Shown here: positions 61,801-64,000 of the stretch, piece after piece
Layout of the letters: each line of letters starts with the position of its first letter
How positions within the stretch are numbered: the first letter of the stretch is position 1
Origin: Vitrella brassicaformis CCMP3155
Lineage: Eukaryota > Protista > Chromerida
DNA length: 64,000 nucleotides
Direction: 5' to 3'
NCBI GenBank assembly: GCA_001179505.1
Contig: CDMY01000508.1
Coordinates: 26,091-90,090 of the forward strand
The notes under the pieces: model-generated
Database searches by the model: none
Seen by the model: only the letters and a program-made list of their open reading frames with translations
Told to the model about the DNA's origin: nothing
Program-made: the position numbers and the translations under genes

Positions 61801-61883
61801 AACAGCCTGAGCCGAAGATGCCTACCCTCCGTGTCACCGTCGAGAAGCAGCCGACCACCGATACCGACGCTGCCATGCCCCCC
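55858..61883 (+). CDS. Multimodular type I PKS/FAS fragment (ACP-KS'..ER'-KR-ACP-KS'..KR'-ACP-KS..-AT-DH'), truncated at both ends
   Basis: Three ACPs (ELGIDSLGAVEFRN), KR (ITGGFGGLG, AAVLDD, NYSAAN), ER end (QHIGKVV), KS (KTNIGHLEGAAG, SSFGFGGANAH), AT (GHSIGE, SHAFHS), DH (EDHVVLG, MPGAG). Confidence 0.92.
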
Positions 61884-64000
61884 TATCCTGAATGTCTCTG
61901 TGCGCACATCTGCGCATGAACGCTGGAATGCGTGTATGTCATGAGTGTCTCTGTGGGCGCGTCGATTTGCGTATGTGTATATCCTGAATGTCTCTGTGCG
62001 CACATCTGCGCAAGCACGCTGGAGTGCGTGTATGTCATGGATGTCTCTGTGCGCACACCTGTGCAAGCACGCGTCGATTTGCGTTCGTGTATGTTATGGA
62101 TGTCTCTGTGCGCACACCTGTGCTTGCGGATGTCTCTGTGCGCACACCTGCGCAAGCACGCGTCGATTTGCGTGCGTGTATGTTATGGATGTCTCTGTGC
62201 GCACACCTGCGCAAGCACGCGTCGACTTGGAGTGCGTGTATGTTATGGATGTCTCTGTGCGCACACCTGCGCAAGCACGCGTCGACTTGGAGTGCGTGTA
62301 TGTTATGGATGTCTCTGTGCGCACACCTGCGCACGCACGCGTCGATTTTGCGTGCGTGTATATCCTCTTTGCGCACACCTGCGCAAGCACGCGTCGACTT
62401 GGAATGCGTGTATGTCATAGATGTCTCTGTGCGCACACCTGCGCAAGCACGCGTCGATTTCCGTGCGTGTATATCCGACGCGTCGACTTGGAATGCGTGT
62501 ATGTTATGGATGTCACTGTGCGCACACCTGCACAAGCACGCGTCGACTTGGAATGCGTGTATGTCATGGATGTCTCTGTGCGCACACCTGCAAGCACGCG
62601 TCGATTTGCGTTCGCGTATGTTATGGATGTCATTGTGCGCACACCTGCGCAAGCACGCGTCGACTTGGAGTGCGTGTATCTTATGGATGTCTCTGTGTGC
62701 ACACCTGCGCAAGCACGCGTCGACTTGGAGTGCGTGCGACTTGGAGTGCGTGTATGTTATGGATGTCTCTGTGCGCACACCTGCGCAAGCACGCGTCGAT
62801 TTTGCGTGCGTGTATATCCTCTTTGCGCACACCTGCACAAGCACGCGTCGACTTGGAATGCGTGTATCCTGAATGTCTTTGTGCGCACACCTGCGCAAGC
62901 ACGCGTCGATTTCCGTGCGTGTATATCCGACGCGTCGACTTGGAATGCGTGTATGTTATGGATGTCACTGTGCGCACACCTGCACAAGCACGCGTCGACT
63001 TGGAGTGCGTGTATGTTATGGATGTCTCTGTGCGCACATCTGCGCAAGCACACGTCGACTTGGAATGCGTGTATATCCTGAATGCGCAAGCACGGGTCGA
63101 CTTGGAGTGCGTGTATATCCTGAAAGTCTCTGTGCGCACACCTGCGCATGAACGCTGGAGTGCGTGTATGTTATGAATGTCTTTGTGCGCACACCTGTGC
63201 ATGCACAGGTCGATTTGCGTGTGTGTATATCCTGAATGTCTCTTTGCGCTCGTCGATTTGCGTGTGTGTATATCCTGAATGTCTCTGTGCGCACATCTGC
63301 GCAAGCACGCTGGAGTGCGTGTATATCCTGAATGTCTCTGTGCGCACACCTGCGCAAGCACGCGTCGATTTGCGTTCGTGTATGTTATGGATGTCTCTGT
63401 GCGCACACCTGCGCAAGCACGCGTCGATTTGAGTGCATGTATATCCTCTTTGCGCTTTGCGCACGCCTGCGCAAGCACGCGTCGACTTGGAGTGCGTGTA
63501 TGTTATGGATGTCTCTGTGCGCACACCTGCGCAAGCACGCGTCGATTTGAGTGCATGTATATCCTCTTTGCGCTTTGCGCACGCCTGCGCAAGCACGCGT
63601 CGACTTGGAGTGCGTGTATGTTATGGATGTCTCTGTGCGCACATCTGCGCAAGCACGCGTCGACTTGGAATGCGTGTATGTCATAGATGTCTCTGTGCGC
63701 ACACCTGCACAAGCACGCGTCGATTTGCGTGCGTGTATATCCTGAATGGGGCCGCCTTGGAGTGCGTGTATATGCTGAATGTCCCTGTGCGCACACCTGG
63801 GCAAGCACACGTCGACTTGGAATGCGTGTATATCCTGAATGCGCAAGCACGGGTCGACTTGGAGTGCGTGTATATCCTGAAAGTCTCTGTGCGCACACCT
63901 GCGCATGAACGCTGGAGTGCGTGTATGTTATGAATGTCTTTGTGCGCACACCTGTGCATGCACAGGTCGATTTGCGTGTGTGTATATCCTGAATGTCTCT
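61884..64000. repeat. 60-bp minisatellite array, orientation B, GCAAGCACGCGTCGA variant, running off the window
   Basis: Tandem units with longer internal duplications, e.g. 62340-62560 recurring near 62770-62990. Confidence 0.95.

Noticed and set aside
22786-61883. P450 + GT90 + PKS as a biosynthetic gene cluster
   Set aside because: They are separated by about 28 kb of unrelated fragments and repeats, the PKS is truncated, and there is no co-regulation evidence.
61932-63959. The many Cys/His-rich ORFs in the track over satellite arrays as real zinc-finger or metallothionein genes
   Set aside because: They are overlapping translations of the 60-bp unit in several frames on both strands, with frequent frame-breaking indels.
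1-64000. rRNA or tRNA genes
   Set aside because: No conserved rRNA blocks or cloverleaf with T-loop/D-loop consensus was noticed by eye; a tRNAscan/Infernal run would be needed to exclude them.

Overview
Intron-rich eukaryotic genomic DNA with six N-gaps. GT(G/A)AG donors, (TG)n-CAG acceptors, high GC3 and the gene families present point to a chromerid alveolate such as Vitrella brassicaformis; this is an inference, no search was run. Recognisable, apparently intact genes are a two-cNMP-domain protein, a cytochrome P450, a GT90/CAP10 glycosyltransferase and a few small hypothetical proteins. The rest is a graveyard of broken genes: at least six pieces of an LRR + Cys-rich (GCC2/GCC3-like) + multi-TM receptor family resembling CRMPs, a TDP1 copy with nonsense and catalytic-site changes, a multimodular type I PKS/FAS truncated at both ends, two Ty1/copia remnants, three RLE-type non-LTR retrotransposon tails and a tyrosine-recombinase fragment. 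The dominant unexplained structure is a 60-bp palindrome-rich minisatellite in about ten arrays (roughly 10 kb). It repeatedly abuts genes inside exons, flips orientation within arrays, and its array ends cluster at specific phases of the unit.
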